Shown: positions 1-13,100 of the stretch, one piece after another
Layout: each line of letters opens with the position of its first letter
Numbering within the stretch: position 1 is the stretch's first letter
Assembly: GCA_964016885.1 (NCBI GenBank)
Contig: OZ024744.1
Coordinates: forward strand, 26,226,001 to 26,290,000
Source of the DNA: Eledone cirrhosa
Lineage: Eukaryota
Direction of reading: 5' to 3'
DNA length: 64,000 bases
The notes under the pieces: model-generated
The model's input: only the letters and a program-made list of their open reading frames with translations
Told to the model about the DNA's origin: nothing
Database searches by the model: none
Program-made: the position numbers and the translations under genes

Positions 1-5
1 AGAGA

Positions 6-977
6 TGGCAGTGGTAAGGGCCATGGTGTCGAGAAACGACAATAGAGGTTCCCTGAAACCTCCACCCGATTTCTTCAAAGACCACAGCTGCGCACGGTGA
101 CATACCGCACCGTAAGCAAAATATCTCATCGGGTGGAGAGAGCCACGGAGGCTCAAATCCAAAAGGCCTTGGGGTGCGTCTGGGCGCGAAAAACCCACAT
201 CACCCGAGGCAAAAAGTACGCTACTGTAGACGTACTTTTCGCCACCCCCCAAGAGGCGAAGTCTCACTCTTTGGAAACCCTAAAGAGTGAGGAGATAGTC
301 TTGGTGCACTCCTACTGCGGGCAGAAAATTGTGAGGGTCAAAGTGACCCAGGTCCCACCCGACGTGCCCATACCTTGGCTGGTCGCGTCAGTACTGGCTG
401 GAATCGAGGAGTGGACTACCATACTGCACATACTGAGAATGGGAAGAGAGACCTGGTCAGGAATAGGCATGCGAATGCTAATACAGTCTGACAAGGAGTG
501 CATCTAGGCCATCCCAGACCTCATAGACCTCAAAGAAGAGCTCCATCTCCTTATAATCGTGGAAGGAAGGCGCCCAAAATGCTATCTCTGTGGGCACAAG
601 GGTCACCCCAGGGCCTTCTGCCGCAGAAGACAGCCAAGAAGAGGGCCCGCCTCCTTCCGACGCCTTATCCGCTGTTACCAAGAGCAAGGCAGGCAACAGA
701 GGCAGAAGACAGTTCCATAGTGAGTAGGAGGGCAACGTCCGTGGCACCCATACCAAGGCCACAGACAACTAAAGCAGCGGCAGCAGTCGCGGCGACACCA
801 ACAGTCACAGTAGCTACGCCGGCGGTAAAATCGCCGGAGCGGGCTCCACTACCACCACCAACGGCAGTGGAGCTCATGCCCATCCCGGACGCTGCGGAGT
901 CCGACATGGAGTGTGAGGCGGGAGGGAAATGGCAAACGGTCTGCCACAAACAAAAGAAAAAAGAAAAAAAACCCTAA
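6..977 (+). pseudogene. ORF1 (gag-like) remnant with CX2CX4HX4C zinc knuckle
   Basis: 580-621 encodes CYLCGHKGHPRAFC. There is a stop at 505-507 and a frameshift, then a basic end (WQTVCHKQKKKEKK). Confidence 0.75.
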
Positions 978-985
978 CTTCAGCC

Positions 986-3738
986 TCCCAAAACTACACG
1001 GACCGCAAATTTGTGATCTGTGAAGTTGACTTAGATAGACTCCATAGGCAAGGGCCCGGCTACTGGAAGCTGAACGCGTCGTTCCCAGCGCGCAAAGCTT
1101 ACAGAGACCGGATTAGCGAATTAGTTAAGCGTGCGTTGACGGGTGCGGTCGTCAACAACAGGTGGTGGTTTACCCTGAAAAGGGGTATTAGAGTAGAATC
1201 GATAAGGTTTAGCAAAGGAGTAGTGATAGAGGAAAATAGAGTAGAGGGAGAGTTAGAAAGCTAGAAGAGGCGTTTAGGACAGGCATCGCAACCGACGTGC
1301 TTGCGGCGAGATTGGCAATCGAGCAATTCTTCAATGCAAAGCATGAAGGCTGCGTTGTCAGAGCTAGAACTGGTGCTCTAAGACACGAGGGGACGAAAAC
1401 CGTTCAATGGGCTCGGGTGGTGGAGGCACGATGTGGCAACAAGTCCACAATTCAGTCTTTGCCTCATCAAAACGGGCGCATGTCGCTCGAACCCAAGCAG
1501 ATGTGTGCGGCTTTTCAAAAGCACTTTGCTCAATTTTTCGGAAGCGCCAGCGGGCCGGATCGGAGTATGGACTTCGGTGCATACCTCGACGGACTGCCGC
1601 GGCTCTCGACGACCGCAGCGCAGTGCTGCGAATGCCGATAAAAACAGGCGAAATACGGGAAGCGATGTCTGACAGAATGAGAGGTAAATCGCCAAGTTTG
1701 GATGGTTTGCCCTACGAGCTTTATGCGTATATGCCAGATTGTTCGGCGACCTCTTGGCAGATGTCTACTGCAACTCACAGCAGAAAGGGAGCATTCCCAG
1801 TTTTGTGAGCCGGGGAGCGGTGGCGCTGCTGAGAAAAGACCCGAACAAGGGGGACGTTATAGACAACTTCAGGCCCATAACTCTGCTAAACGCAGAGTTT
1901 AAGATTTTGGCCAAGGTGTTAGCAAATAGATTGGCGCTTGTGATCGGTGATCTGGTGGGTGAGGAGCAGACATGCGCCATCCCGGACTGAGCTATCCACG
2001 ACAACCTCCATCTCATGCGATACATTATAGTGAGAGTGGTTAAGGAACCTGGCACGGGTGGGGCCCTGATCAACTTGGATCAATCCAAAGCATTTGATAG
2101 GGACGACCATCGGTACCTGGCTGCGGTCATCGAGGCAGCTGGCTTCGGGCGTTTTCAGGGGCTGTATCGCTGCGATGCACAGCGTCATCTGCTCGATTGT
2201 GAGGGTGAATGCTCACCTGACGCAGCCTTTCAGCATCATGAGCTCGGTCCACCAGGGTTGCCCCCTCTCATCCATCTTGTACGTACTGGCCCTAGAGCCT
2301 TTACTACACAAATTGGAGACGATGAGGGAGGTCCCACGCGAACTGAGATACGGGAGATCCATGTCAGCTTGTGCCGACGATGTTACCGTGCTGGTGTCGA
2401 GCACCAAACATTTCCAGATGCTCGGCACCGCTCTCAAGGAATACGAAGCGGTAACAGGAGCAAAGATAAACCACGACAAGTCGGTGGGCTTGCAACTTGG
2501 CACCTGGAGAGGCAAGTCCATGCCGTCCGACAGCGTCGCGGGGCGCTGGATGGAAGAATCGGTTAAATTGCTCGGGGTCTGGTTCGGTCCGAATCTCCAG
2601 ATGGAGAAAAACTGGAGCGAGGTGACGATTAGGGTGGGCTCTCTCACACAGAAATGGGCCGAGAGGAGGCTGTCTCTGAAAGGTCGGGCGGAGGTAGCGA
2701 ATGCGTACATAGCGTCCGTCATATGCTACCGCCTGACCGTCGTACCTTTCCCCGCCCAACACTGACCAAAATGGAGCGCCTTCTTTCCGCTTTTTGTGGA
2801 AGGGACATGCTCCCATGGTCAGTCGATCAATTTGCTGTCAACACCCGTTGCGTGGAGGACTAGGCATGCCGTGGCTGATGATTCGCAAACATGCGCTGAG
2901 GCTGCGACATCTCTGGTGCTTCCTTGATGGTGAACAGGTGTGGTCGCTGTTTGCCAGACGCGCTTTTCCCCAGCTCGTCTCCTTGACGGAGCTGAAGTCC
3001 TGGATCAAGAAAAGACCGAGGAATAGCGCTTGGAAGATGGGATTTCTCCAAGCGCTCACCGCCCTCTACCGGCTGGGCATTAGTATCGGTGGAACATCCA
3101 CCTCAGCGTTTTATAGAGGGCTAGTGGAGGGAAAGAGCGACGACGTTCTTGGGGATACCCTGGGCGTCGAAGACGATAAGCTGTTCGTTCTCTTCAAGAA
3201 AACTTTCAGACTGGGGCCTATGTACAACTTCCAGAAATCCCTGGCCTGGCAGTGCTACCACGAAGCGTTGCCGGTTCGGGATAAGCTCTACAGGCACGGA
3301 GGTGCTGTCAGCCGAGCCTGTCCGAGATGCGCGCAGGGCCACGAAACTGTCCTGCACGCACTCGATCAGTGCCCGAGGATTGCTGACTTGTGGAACTATG
3401 TCGAACAGCTGCTGTCGCGTGTAGGACGGATCCGGTTATCGACTGAGGCCTGTGTGCAGATAGCCCCGCCATCCTACTTTAAAGAGGAGGAAGGGCAGGC
3501 AGTTTTCATCTGCCTGGTGGTCATGGCGAAAGAGATTGTGTGGTGGACAAGGTTGAAAGGGTTGAAGACGGGCACCTTCCTCTCCGGCCAATCCCTGATT
3601 AACTTTTTCAAGTTTCACTTGAAGAGGAAAATCAGGGTGAAGAGGCAAGTGCTGCTTTCTAGCAAGTTTGTTGAAAGGTGGGTGAATGTAGCGAGTCTGG
3701 TCCGAGTGAACGGGACCGCTCTGAATATACGTGTGTAG
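986..3738 (+). pseudogene. ORF2 remnant (end of APE, reverse transcriptase, C-terminal zinc-binding domain)
   Basis: RT motifs are spread over ORFs 929-1264, 1297-1641, 1739-1990, 2094-2765 and 2794-3738, with frameshifts and stops. Confidence 0.9.
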
Positions 3739-4042
3739 TTTGAAAAATGGAAAAATTGAGAGAGGGCACTTTCCTTGGTGGTCAAGGTGGCCGTGGTCTT
3801 TTGTGTGGTTTTCGCCACGAGTAACCCTCGGAGGTCCCCCCCCCCCCCCCCACACAATCGGGGACTTTTTGATTGTTTCAATTTTCATTTTTATTGTTTA
3901 AATATATATATGTTTCTCTGTCCTTTTTTTTCTTTTCTTATATAAATAATAAAAATCTTTACACGCACAAAACCCACATCGTACCGTCATGTGCCGTCTG
4001 TAATGTTTTTCTTGGTGTCAGCCCTTGTGGTTAATAAAGAAA

Positions 4043-4043
<1 letters not shown>

Positions 4044-4074
<31 letters not shown>

Positions 4075-5115
4075 GTTATTACTCTTCGAGTCTCAGTCAT
4101 TGATGTTAGTTAACTGGAAAGTTTGTTGAGATGAATATCAAGCCACTACCTGCAGCCTCAGATATTCAGGACGTATCGGAGGGTTCTTGCTGTTCCCAGC
4201 AAGCATGCCTTTTGAAGCGTTCCAAAAAGCGTGAAGGGGCCAATTTTCTTTAACCATCCCTGGAAACCTTTTGAGATAGTCCCTAGTGCGCCTATGACAA
4301 TCGGGACCACTTTCACTTCATGGCAGTTCCAAATCCTTTTTACCTCCCACTTTAGGTCCTGGTATCGGTTAATTTTCTCCCTCTCCATCTCTTGCACTCA
4401 CGTGTCGAATGGGCAGGCCACATCCACAATCAGGCACGATCTTTTTTCTTTGTCCCAAACCACCAGGTCAGGTCTATTGTGTTCCAGTTTCTTGTCCGTC
4501 TGTATCCTAAAGTCCCACAGCACCTTCACCTGATCGTTTTCTATCACCGACTCTGGCTTATGCTCATACCACTTCTCAGAATGTGGTAAATTGTTTAGTT
4601 TGCATAGGTGCCAGTGGATCACCCTGCCCATCATATCATGTCTCCAGCCTTTATAGTGAGTCTGGGCTAGATGTTTACACTCGGATACAATGTGAGCCAC
4701 AATCTCCTCTCTCTCCACAGATCCTGCACAGTGGGCTAGCCTCCTCCTTGTAAATATGGTGTTTCAACCACTTCCTTTTGAAGGCCTGCTCTTGCGCAGC
4801 CATTAAAATTCCTTCTGTAGCCTTTTTAAGGTTTCCTCTTTTCAACCAGTTCCATGTCTGTGGATCTCTGAATTCAGTTTTCTCAAAGAAGGTACTATGA
4901 AGGGATTTTTCCTGAAGGTTGCTCATTCTCCTCGATGTTATTTGCTCCTTGGACATCCCCTGGTCTATTGTCCTCTCCTTCAATACACTTCTGAGCATTT
5001 GCTCCTTACTATCAGTCACGTATTTGTGTAGGTTGTTTTTCTCCATCTGAACACAGTCCTCTATGCTGATAAGACCTCTTCCATCCTCAGATCTCCTTAA
5101 GTAGAGTTTATCGAC
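4044..5115 (-). mobile_element. R4/Dong-like non-LTR retrotransposon 3' fragment (zinc knuckle + restriction-like endonuclease) abutting (TAA)n
   Basis: Minus-strand ORFs read CRICGE..E..AHIVSEC, RHDMMGRVIHW, LWDFRIQTDKKLEHNRPDLVV..CLIVDVACP, EKINRYQDL and VPIVIGALG. An (ATT)n run lies at 4044-4080. Confidence 0.85.
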
Positions 5116-5233
5116 TTGGGGAGTTATGTCGAACAGCTACTGTCGCGTGTAGAACGGATCCGGCTATCGGCCGAGTCCATAGTCAATATCGACCCGCCGC
5201 CTTCTTTGGTCAGGAAGAGCAGGAAATGTTCCT
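5116..5233 (+). mobile_element. Short fragment of Tx1/L1 ORF2 3' end
   Basis: Near-identical to 9941-10058 (ggagttatgtcgaacagct...gacccgccgccttc). Confidence 0.85.
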
Positions 5234-5654
5234 ATCATGAAAACAAATAGCGACAACACCAACGGCAACAATACCAACTGCACCGAGAACAACGGTGGCA
5301 ACAAAGACAACAATGATAACAGCGACAGTGATAACAACAACACCAACAAGAACAACGTCAACGACAGCAACACCCCCAACAAAAACAAGAAGAACACTTT
5401 CGCTGCGGCAGCAGCAAAAAAGAGGCAATGCTTCAACATGGACCTATCATGAAAACAAATAGCGACAACACCAACAGCAACAATACCGACTGCACCGAGA
5501 ACAACGGTGGCAACAAAGACAATGATAACAGCGACAGTGATAACAACAACACCAACAAGAACAACGACAACGGCAACAACACCCCCAACGAAAACAAGAA
5601 GAACACTTTCGCTGCAGCAACAGCAAAAAAGAGGCAATGCTTCAACATGGACCT
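5232..5654 (+). repeat. ~213-bp tandem duplication of the Asn-rich ORF1 start
   Basis: cctatcatgaaaacaaatagcgacaac...cttcaacatggacct occurs twice (ATGs at 5237 and 5449). Confidence 0.9.
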
Positions 5655-6911
5655 CTCAAAAAAAGATGAAAAGCAGAACGGTGCATTATAGATGCATCTC
5701 AGCATAAACCAAAACGGCAGCTTTAATCCCACAAGAAGATGTCGAAGTCTCGCTGAGGTGCATCAGAGAAGACACCGAATACATAGAAAGGGGCAGACAG
5801 TACGGCACCATTTCGGTGTTGTTCAAGTCAGAAGCCCTCGCTATAAAAACACGCTATGACTCCTTGCAAAACCAGCAAGGTCGTAATGTACCCCTCCCAC
5901 ATGGGAAAAAGAACGGCCCGTCTCCGCATTCCCAGAATCACACCAGGCTTTTGTTTGTGGAAAAAAACCCATTTGCGAGCCTTCTGCCCTCAACTGCTGA
6001 AAGAGGCAAGGGATCGAAAGGCTCCACTGCTGCCGGCGCCGGGGCGAGGACCACAAACAACACCAGCACCGACAAAACCACCAACAACAACACCAATAGA
6101 AAGACCAACACCAACATTGACCACCCAGGGAGGAAACGAAGAAAGCTGTCAAATCCCCCCCCCCCCAAAAAAAATATACACCAATAAAACCATAAACATA
6201 CATACAGACACACTTACAGACACAGACCCCTCATCTACCAGTAGTGAAGATGAGGGAAAACCAAAATCCCCCAAAATACAATAAAGGGAACACAAAAAGA
6301 AAAAAAAACTCAACAAAGCACAAAATCATCCACAATAAAAAACGCAGACACCACCCACGCAAACATCTCTCCAATAACACCAACATCAACACCACCATCA
6401 CCATCACCAGAATTCCCCAAACGCAAACAACCTAAACAGACGCAAGAACAAATATACACACAAACATCTGAAACCACAGACACCGCACTCACAATAAACA
6501 CAGATACAACCGAAACAACACCACCAAAACCATCATCACCACAACCACGCAAACAAATAAAATCACACCAACAAAACATATAAAACTTCGTGCTCGTCAG
6601 GAGGGCCAAGAAGGAACTGATGGCCCTCGTAGTACGAAGTGAAAATATACAAAAAGAGGGGGACATTTTTAAATCGAGCACATTTCGCGTGCCGGAAGAT
6701 TGGCTTCTGGTGCGAATGTCGATCAAATTATACAAAGAAATACGAGACAGCTTTCCTCGGGACGTGGGAACTCCGAACGTAAAACAAACTTCAAGACTTT
6801 TAAAGGGGTTCCCAAAAGAAACCCCACCAACTATGGAGGTCGACAACCCGACCTTCACAAGAGCCCGGAAGGTAAGTAAACCTTTCCTCTTTCTCTTTTT
6901 AACCTGCCAAC

Positions 6912-9900
6912 ATGGCCGTATTAAGAGTAGGATGTTTAAATGTTCGAGGCCTGGGATCGTCCTGGAAGCAGGGTCACCTGCTCAATGATCTCAGGTCTCT
7001 AGAAATGGATGTAATTGCCGTCAGCGAGACCAGAATTTTCGACAAGCGCGCACTAGCCCCCATTTTCGACGACTATCAGATCTTAGTATCTGTTAGCCGG
7101 CCAGGAATGGGAGGCGGGGTGGAAGTGCTGTTTAGGAAAGGCCTGGATCTCGAGGTAAGGTCGATCTTCCGGGATCCGGACGGGAAGTTGGTGGTCCTGG
7201 ACGTGAACAACAACGAAGGTGGTGCCTTTAGACTGGTGGCCGTCTATGCTCCTACTGGGGCAGGACGGCAGGACTTCTTTAGACGCCTGGAAGCTTTTCT
7301 GGGCACGTCTCGCCCTTTACTGATAGCGGGGGACTGGAACGGCATCTTAGACGGACGCTGGGACTGTATGAGAGTATCCGATAGGAGCGGGGGGGGGGGG
7401 GGGCAAAAGCCTCAAGAACCTGATCAGCCAGTTCTAACTGTCTGACAGGTACCGACTAGATTTCCATAATGCGCCTGTGTAGATCTGGGCTAAACGCATA
7501 GGGTCATCTAGATCGTATATAGACAGAATATTCATTAGGAAAATAGACAGAAATAGTGTAAGCTGTCCACGTTTTGAAACGGTCGCCTATTCAGATCACA
7601 AGTTTGTGATCTGTATGGTCGACCTAGATAAGACGCGTAGGTTAGGACCTGGTTACTGGAAGCTAAACATGTCATTTCCGGCACGTAAGGCTTACGGGGA
7701 CCGAGTCAACAATTTAGTTAAGAAAAAGTTGACAGGGGGAGTCGTCAACAATAGATGGTGGGGAGCTCTCAAAAGAGATTAGAGTAATGTCGATAGGTTT
7801 AGAAAAGAAGTAGCGTTAGAGAAAAATAGAAAGGAGGGAGAGTTGGTAGATAAGTTAGACGAGGTTATTGGTAGTGGCATTGCAACTGATGTGCTAGCGG
7901 CGAGAATGGCATTAGACCATTTCTTCAATGCGAAAACTAAGGCGCGTGCTCTGACAAACGAGGGAACCAAAGCTGTTCGATGGGCCCGCGTGGAAGAGGC
8001 GCAGCGTGGTAATAAAACCACGATTCGGTCTTAGACGGACCGAGACGGACACGAGCTGAGCGATTCCAAGCGGATATGTGAGGCCTTTCGCCAACATTTG
8101 GCTCGGTTTTTCGGGGGAAGGGGCGGGTCAGAGATGGTGGCGGAGACTTCAGTCCCTACCTCGCTGGCTTGCCGCAACTCTCGACGGCTGCCGCTGGGCG
8201 CTGCGAAAGGCCAATTACTTCAGACGAGATTCAGGATGCCCTTGTCGGCTGCATGAGCCTCAAGTCACCCGGTTTGGATGGTCTGCCCTACGAGCTTTAC
8301 GTAAATATGCCAGACATGTTCTCCAATCTCCTCGAAGCCCTTTACTGGAACTGGCAGCAAAATGGGAGTATTCCCAGTTCTGTGAGCCGGGGCGTAGTGA
8401 CGCTGATAAGGAAAGACGAGAACAAGAGGGACACATTAGACAATTTCAGGCCATTAACTCTGCTCAATACAGAGTTTAAGATTTTGGCCAAGGTGTGAGC
8501 AAAGAGATTGGCGCTTGTCATCGAGGATTTGGTTGGGGAGGCGCAAACTTATGCAATCCAGACCAGGTCCATACACAATAAACTCCACCTAATGCGATAC
8601 ATCATAGAGAGGGTAGGGTGTAAACCTGGCTTCGGAGGGGCTCTGATCAATTTAGATCAATCGAAAGCATTCGATAGGGTTGATCATCGGTACCTGGAGG
8701 TCTTCAGAAGCCGGATCGCTGCAATGCACAGCGCCACCTGCTCGATGGTCAAAATTAATGGCCATCTCTCAAACCGTTTCAGGTCTCCCGATCGGTCCGT
8801 CAAGGGTGCCCTCTCTTCTCCCTTCTGTACGTATTGACTCTCGAGCCTTTACTGTAGAAGCTAGAGCTGTTGCAGGATATCCCGCTCGAACCGGGATGCG
8901 GAAAGGCTGTGTCGGCTTATGCAGACGACATCACCGTGATAGTGTCTGACACCTCAGAAATCGATGTGGTCGGCAACTTATTGGAGGAATATGAAAGGTT
9001 GACGGGAGCAAAACTTAAGCCGGAAAAGTCGGTGGTCTTGCAACTCGGCACCTGGAGAGGCAAGTCCATGCCGTCCAACAGCGTCGTTAGGCACTGGACG
9101 GACGGACCGGTAAAGTTGCTAGGGGTTTGGTTCGGGCCAGACCTCCAGGTGGATAAGAATTGGGACGAGGTGACGGGCAGCGTAGCCAGTCTCACCCAGA
9201 AATGGGCTGGGATGAAGCTATCACTGAAAGGTCGGGCGGAGGTGGCGAACGCGTACATCGCGTCCGTCACCTACTACCATCTGACCGTCGTCTCTTGCCC
9301 CCGTTTGCGCCTCGCCATCTTGGAGCGACTCCTCTTCAAATTCTTGTGGAGGGGTCAGGTTCCGCTGGTGCGGCGTTCCATCTGCTGCCAGCACCCTCTA
9401 CGTGGAGGGCTGGGCATGCCGTGGCTAAAGATGCGCAGGCCCGCGTTGAGGCTGCGGCATCTCCAGATATTCTGCCTAAACGGTGAACAGATGTGGTCGC
9501 CGTTTGTCAGACGAGCCTTTCCGCAGCTCGTTTCTTTGATTGAGCTGCAGTCCTGGGTCAAGAAGAGACCGAGACTGGGTGACTGGCATCTGGAATGTTG
9601 CCAGGCACTCACTGCCCTCTACCAAGCGGGCAATGTGGTCAGTGGAATTTCCACTCTCGAGTTCTATAGAGCATTAGTGGTGGGTAAGTGCAACGACGCA
9701 ATCGGAGAGGCTCTGGGAGTCAACGAAGTCGAACTAACCAGTCTGTACCGGAGGACTTTCGAGCCGGGGACGATGGATAATTTCCAAAAATCCCTCGCTT
9801 GGCAGTGCTACCTGGGGGGCACTGCAGGTTCGAGATAAACTCTACAGGCACGGAAGTGCTGTCAGACGGACCTGCCCGAGATGCGCGCAGAGCGACGAAA

Positions 9901-10150
9901 CCGTTCTGCACGCACTCGTCCAGTCTTCGTGCATTACTGACTTGTGGAGTTATGTTGAACAGCTGTTGTCGCGTGTAGAACGGATCCGGCTATCGGCCGA
10001 GTCCATAGTGAAGATCGACCCGCCGCCTTCTTTTGGCCAGGAAGGGCAGGCAATTTTCCTCTGTCTGGTGGCAGTAGCGAAAGAGGTTGTATGGTGGACG
10101 AGGTTGAAAGGACTGAAGACAGACACTTTCTCTTCGGCCAATCCCTCATC
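6912..10150 (+). pseudogene. ORF2 remnant (APE endonuclease + RT) of copy 2
   Basis: ORFs 6912-7445, 8169-8498, 8508-8837 and 8870-9838, broken by frameshifts and stops. Confidence 0.9.
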
Positions 10151-13100
10151 CGGTTTAAACGTTGAGGCGAAGAATGACACCAACAACAGCAGCAACAACG
10201 ACTACACCACCAACAACAGTGAACATTTAAATATCAAGAAAAAGGACAACACCAATAACAGCAAGACCAACGACAATAACATTGAACATACAAATATGAA
10301 CAAAAATGACAACACCAATAACAGCAACAGCAATGACAACAACGACAACACCAACAGGAACAACAACAACAATAAGAACAACGGCAACAACAAGAATAAC
10401 GACAATACCAGCAACACAATCGACAACAACAAGAACACTTTCGCTGCCGCAGCAGCCAAGAAAAGGTCATGCTTCATCATGGACTTGACAGACAAGGAGA
10501 CAAAGTTGGCCCAGGCATGGAAGCTCATCAAACAGGAGCAAACCTGGGCCAACTTAAAAGTCCCGGCGGAGGCCATGGAAGCCGTGGAGAGAAGAACTCT
10601 GGTCTTCAGATGCATCTCAGGTGAGACGAAAAGAGCTACAAACTCTCTCAAAGCAAACGTCGAGGTTGCGCTGAGGAGATATAGAGTATGTAGCGCAGGG
10701 TCGACAATACGGCACCATCTCGGTGCTGCTTAAGTCAGAGGACCTCGCTTTGAAGCACTCGACGATCCCTTGCAAAACCAGCAAGGGTATTATGTACCCC
10801 CCACAAGGGAAAAAGAACGAGTTGAGTCCGCATTCCCAGGATTCCACCTGGACTAGATATGTGGTGGCTCTTGAGATGCGTGATTGTGGAGAGGTCAGAT
10901 GCCGTCCCAATAGAGATAACCAGGACAGGAAGAGAGAACTGGTCCGGATTGACCTGGAGACACTTCTCCAGAACAAACCTGAAGAAATAAAGAAAATCCC
11001 GCAGCAGATCCGCCTCCAAAACGGCTCCACAAGTAATGGTCGAGGGCAAAAGGCTGTACTGTTTCGGTTGCGGCGAAAAAACACACTTGCGAGCCTTCTG
11101 CCCTCAGCTGTTAAAAAATGCAAAGAGTTAAAAGTCTCTGCTGCTGCCGACGCCGGGCCCTCATCCCGAAGTAACAACACCAACAACAAAATCTACAGCA
11201 GCAACACCAGCAGAACCAACAACAACTGCAAAGACCACCAAGACCACCCAGATGCCACTCCAAAGAAGCCCCCCCCCCTCAAACACACACACGCACATTG
11301 AAACACACACGCTCCCACTTACATCTGACACAAACCCAGAAACTCTTCATCACTGAGCGAAGATGAGGAGGAACACAAAAAGCCAAAAAAAGAAAAGAAA
11401 AGAAAAAAGAAAACACAATAAGAAATCTCACACACCAACACAAACAGCAAACAAAAAAGACACATTCGCACCAAACAGACACACATACTACAACACCCAC
11501 CCCCGCAACAACACAGCCATCAACACCACAAACACCATCTACACCAACAACACTACCACTAACCCAAACAAATAAAAGAAAACACACACAGCAGCAACTC
11601 ACAACCACAACAACACCTAACTTTGTGTCAGTGAGGAAATCGAACACAAAACTATTGAACCACATAACACGCAGCAAGGAAATAGAGAAAGAGGGGGAGG
11701 CGTTTAACACCTGCACCTTAAAGGTGCCACAAACAAGTTTGCTGATGCGAATGGCATTAAGCAATTATAAAACAATTAGGGAGAGCTTCCTCAACGATGT
11801 GGGAACACCAAGTGTAAAAGCCTCAAGTAGAAACCCAAAAGAAACCCCACCAACTATGGAGGTCGAACCACCCGACCTTCACAAGAGCCCGGAAGGTAAG
11901 TAAACCTTTCCTATCTCTTTTAGCCTGCCAACATGGCCATATTAAGAATAGGATGTTTAAATGTTCGAGGCCAGGGATCGTCCGGAAAGCAGGGTCACCT
12001 GCTCAACGACTCAGGTCTCTAGAAATGGATATAATTGCCGTCAGCGAGACCAGGATTTCTGGCACGCAAGCACTAGCCCCCATTTTCGATGACTATCAGA
12101 TCTTAGTATCTGTTAGTTGACCGGGAATGGGAGGCGGGGTGACAGTGCTGTTTAGGAAGGGCCTGGATCTCGAGGTAAGGTCGATCTTCCGGGACCCGGA
12201 CGGTAAGTTGGTGGTCCTGGACGTGAACAATAGCGAAGGTGGTGCCTTTTAGACTGCTGGCCGTCTACGCGTCTACCGGGACAGGACGGCCGAACTTCTT
12301 TAGACGCCTAGAAGCCTTTCTGGGTACGTCTCGCCCTTTACTGTTAGCGGGAGACTGGAACGGGATCTTAGACGCACGCTGGGATTGTTTGGGAGTAGCT
12401 GATAGGAGCAAGGAGTGCAAAAACCTCAAGAACCTGATCAGCCAGTTCCAACTGTCTGACAGGTACCGATTAGATTTCCCCAATGCGCCGTTGTAGACCT
12501 GGACAAATCGTTTAGGGACATCTAGAGCGTACTTAGTAGGTTTCTAATTAGATTAGTGGATACGGATAGTATAGGGTGTCCACAATTACATACGGTCGCC
12601 TATTCAGATCAAAGTTTGTGATCTGTATGGTCGACATAGATAAGATGTGTAGGTTAGGACCTGGTTACTGGAAGCTGAACATGTCGTTTACGACACGTAA
12701 GGCTTACAGGGTCCAGGTCAGCAATTTAGTTACGAAAAAGTTGACAGCGTGAGTCGTCAACAATAGATCGTGGGGGGCTCTCAAAAGAGAGATTAGAGTA
12801 ATGTCAATACGGTTTAGCAAAGAAGTAGCGTTAGAGAAAAATAGAAAGGAGGGGGATCTGGTAGATAAGTTAGAAGAGGCTATTTGTAGTGGCATTGCAA
12901 CTAACGTGCTAGCGACGAGAATGGCATTAGATCATTTCTTCAGTGCGAAACACGAAGGTTGCTCTCTCAGAGCTAAGGCACGTGCTCTGAGAAACGAATT
13001 AAGCAAAGGTATTCGATGGGCCCGCTTGGCAGTGATGGAGCGTGGTAATAAAACCACAAAACGGTCTTGACGGACCGAGACGGACACGAGCTGAGCGATT

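Larger units (their letters stand above)
1..4043 (+). mobile_element. Tx1/L1-clade non-LTR retrotransposon copy 1 (degraded; most of the APE domain missing; may extend 5' of the window)
   Basis: ORF1 remnant has a CCHC knuckle. ORF2 fragments include GPGYWKLN, KSPSLDGLPYELY, FRPITLLNAEFKILAKVLANRL, LDQSKAFDR, QGCPLS, ADDV and C-terminal CPRC..ETVLHAL. The 3' UTR ends ...gcccttgtggttaataaagaaatc. Confidence 0.9.
5231..10150 (+). mobile_element. Tx1/L1-clade LINE copy 2 (near full length, degraded, 3' end missing)
   Basis: Asn-rich ORF1 start. ORF2 begins at ATG 6912 with APE motifs (GCLNVRGL, VSET, VYAP, AGDWN, SDH), then RT (YADD) and CPRC. Confidence 0.9.

Noticed and set aside
5164-5732. 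Hydrophobic minus-strand ORFs resembling membrane proteins (also 10202-10651)
   Set aside because: They are the antisense of the (AAC)-rich LINE ORF1 start.
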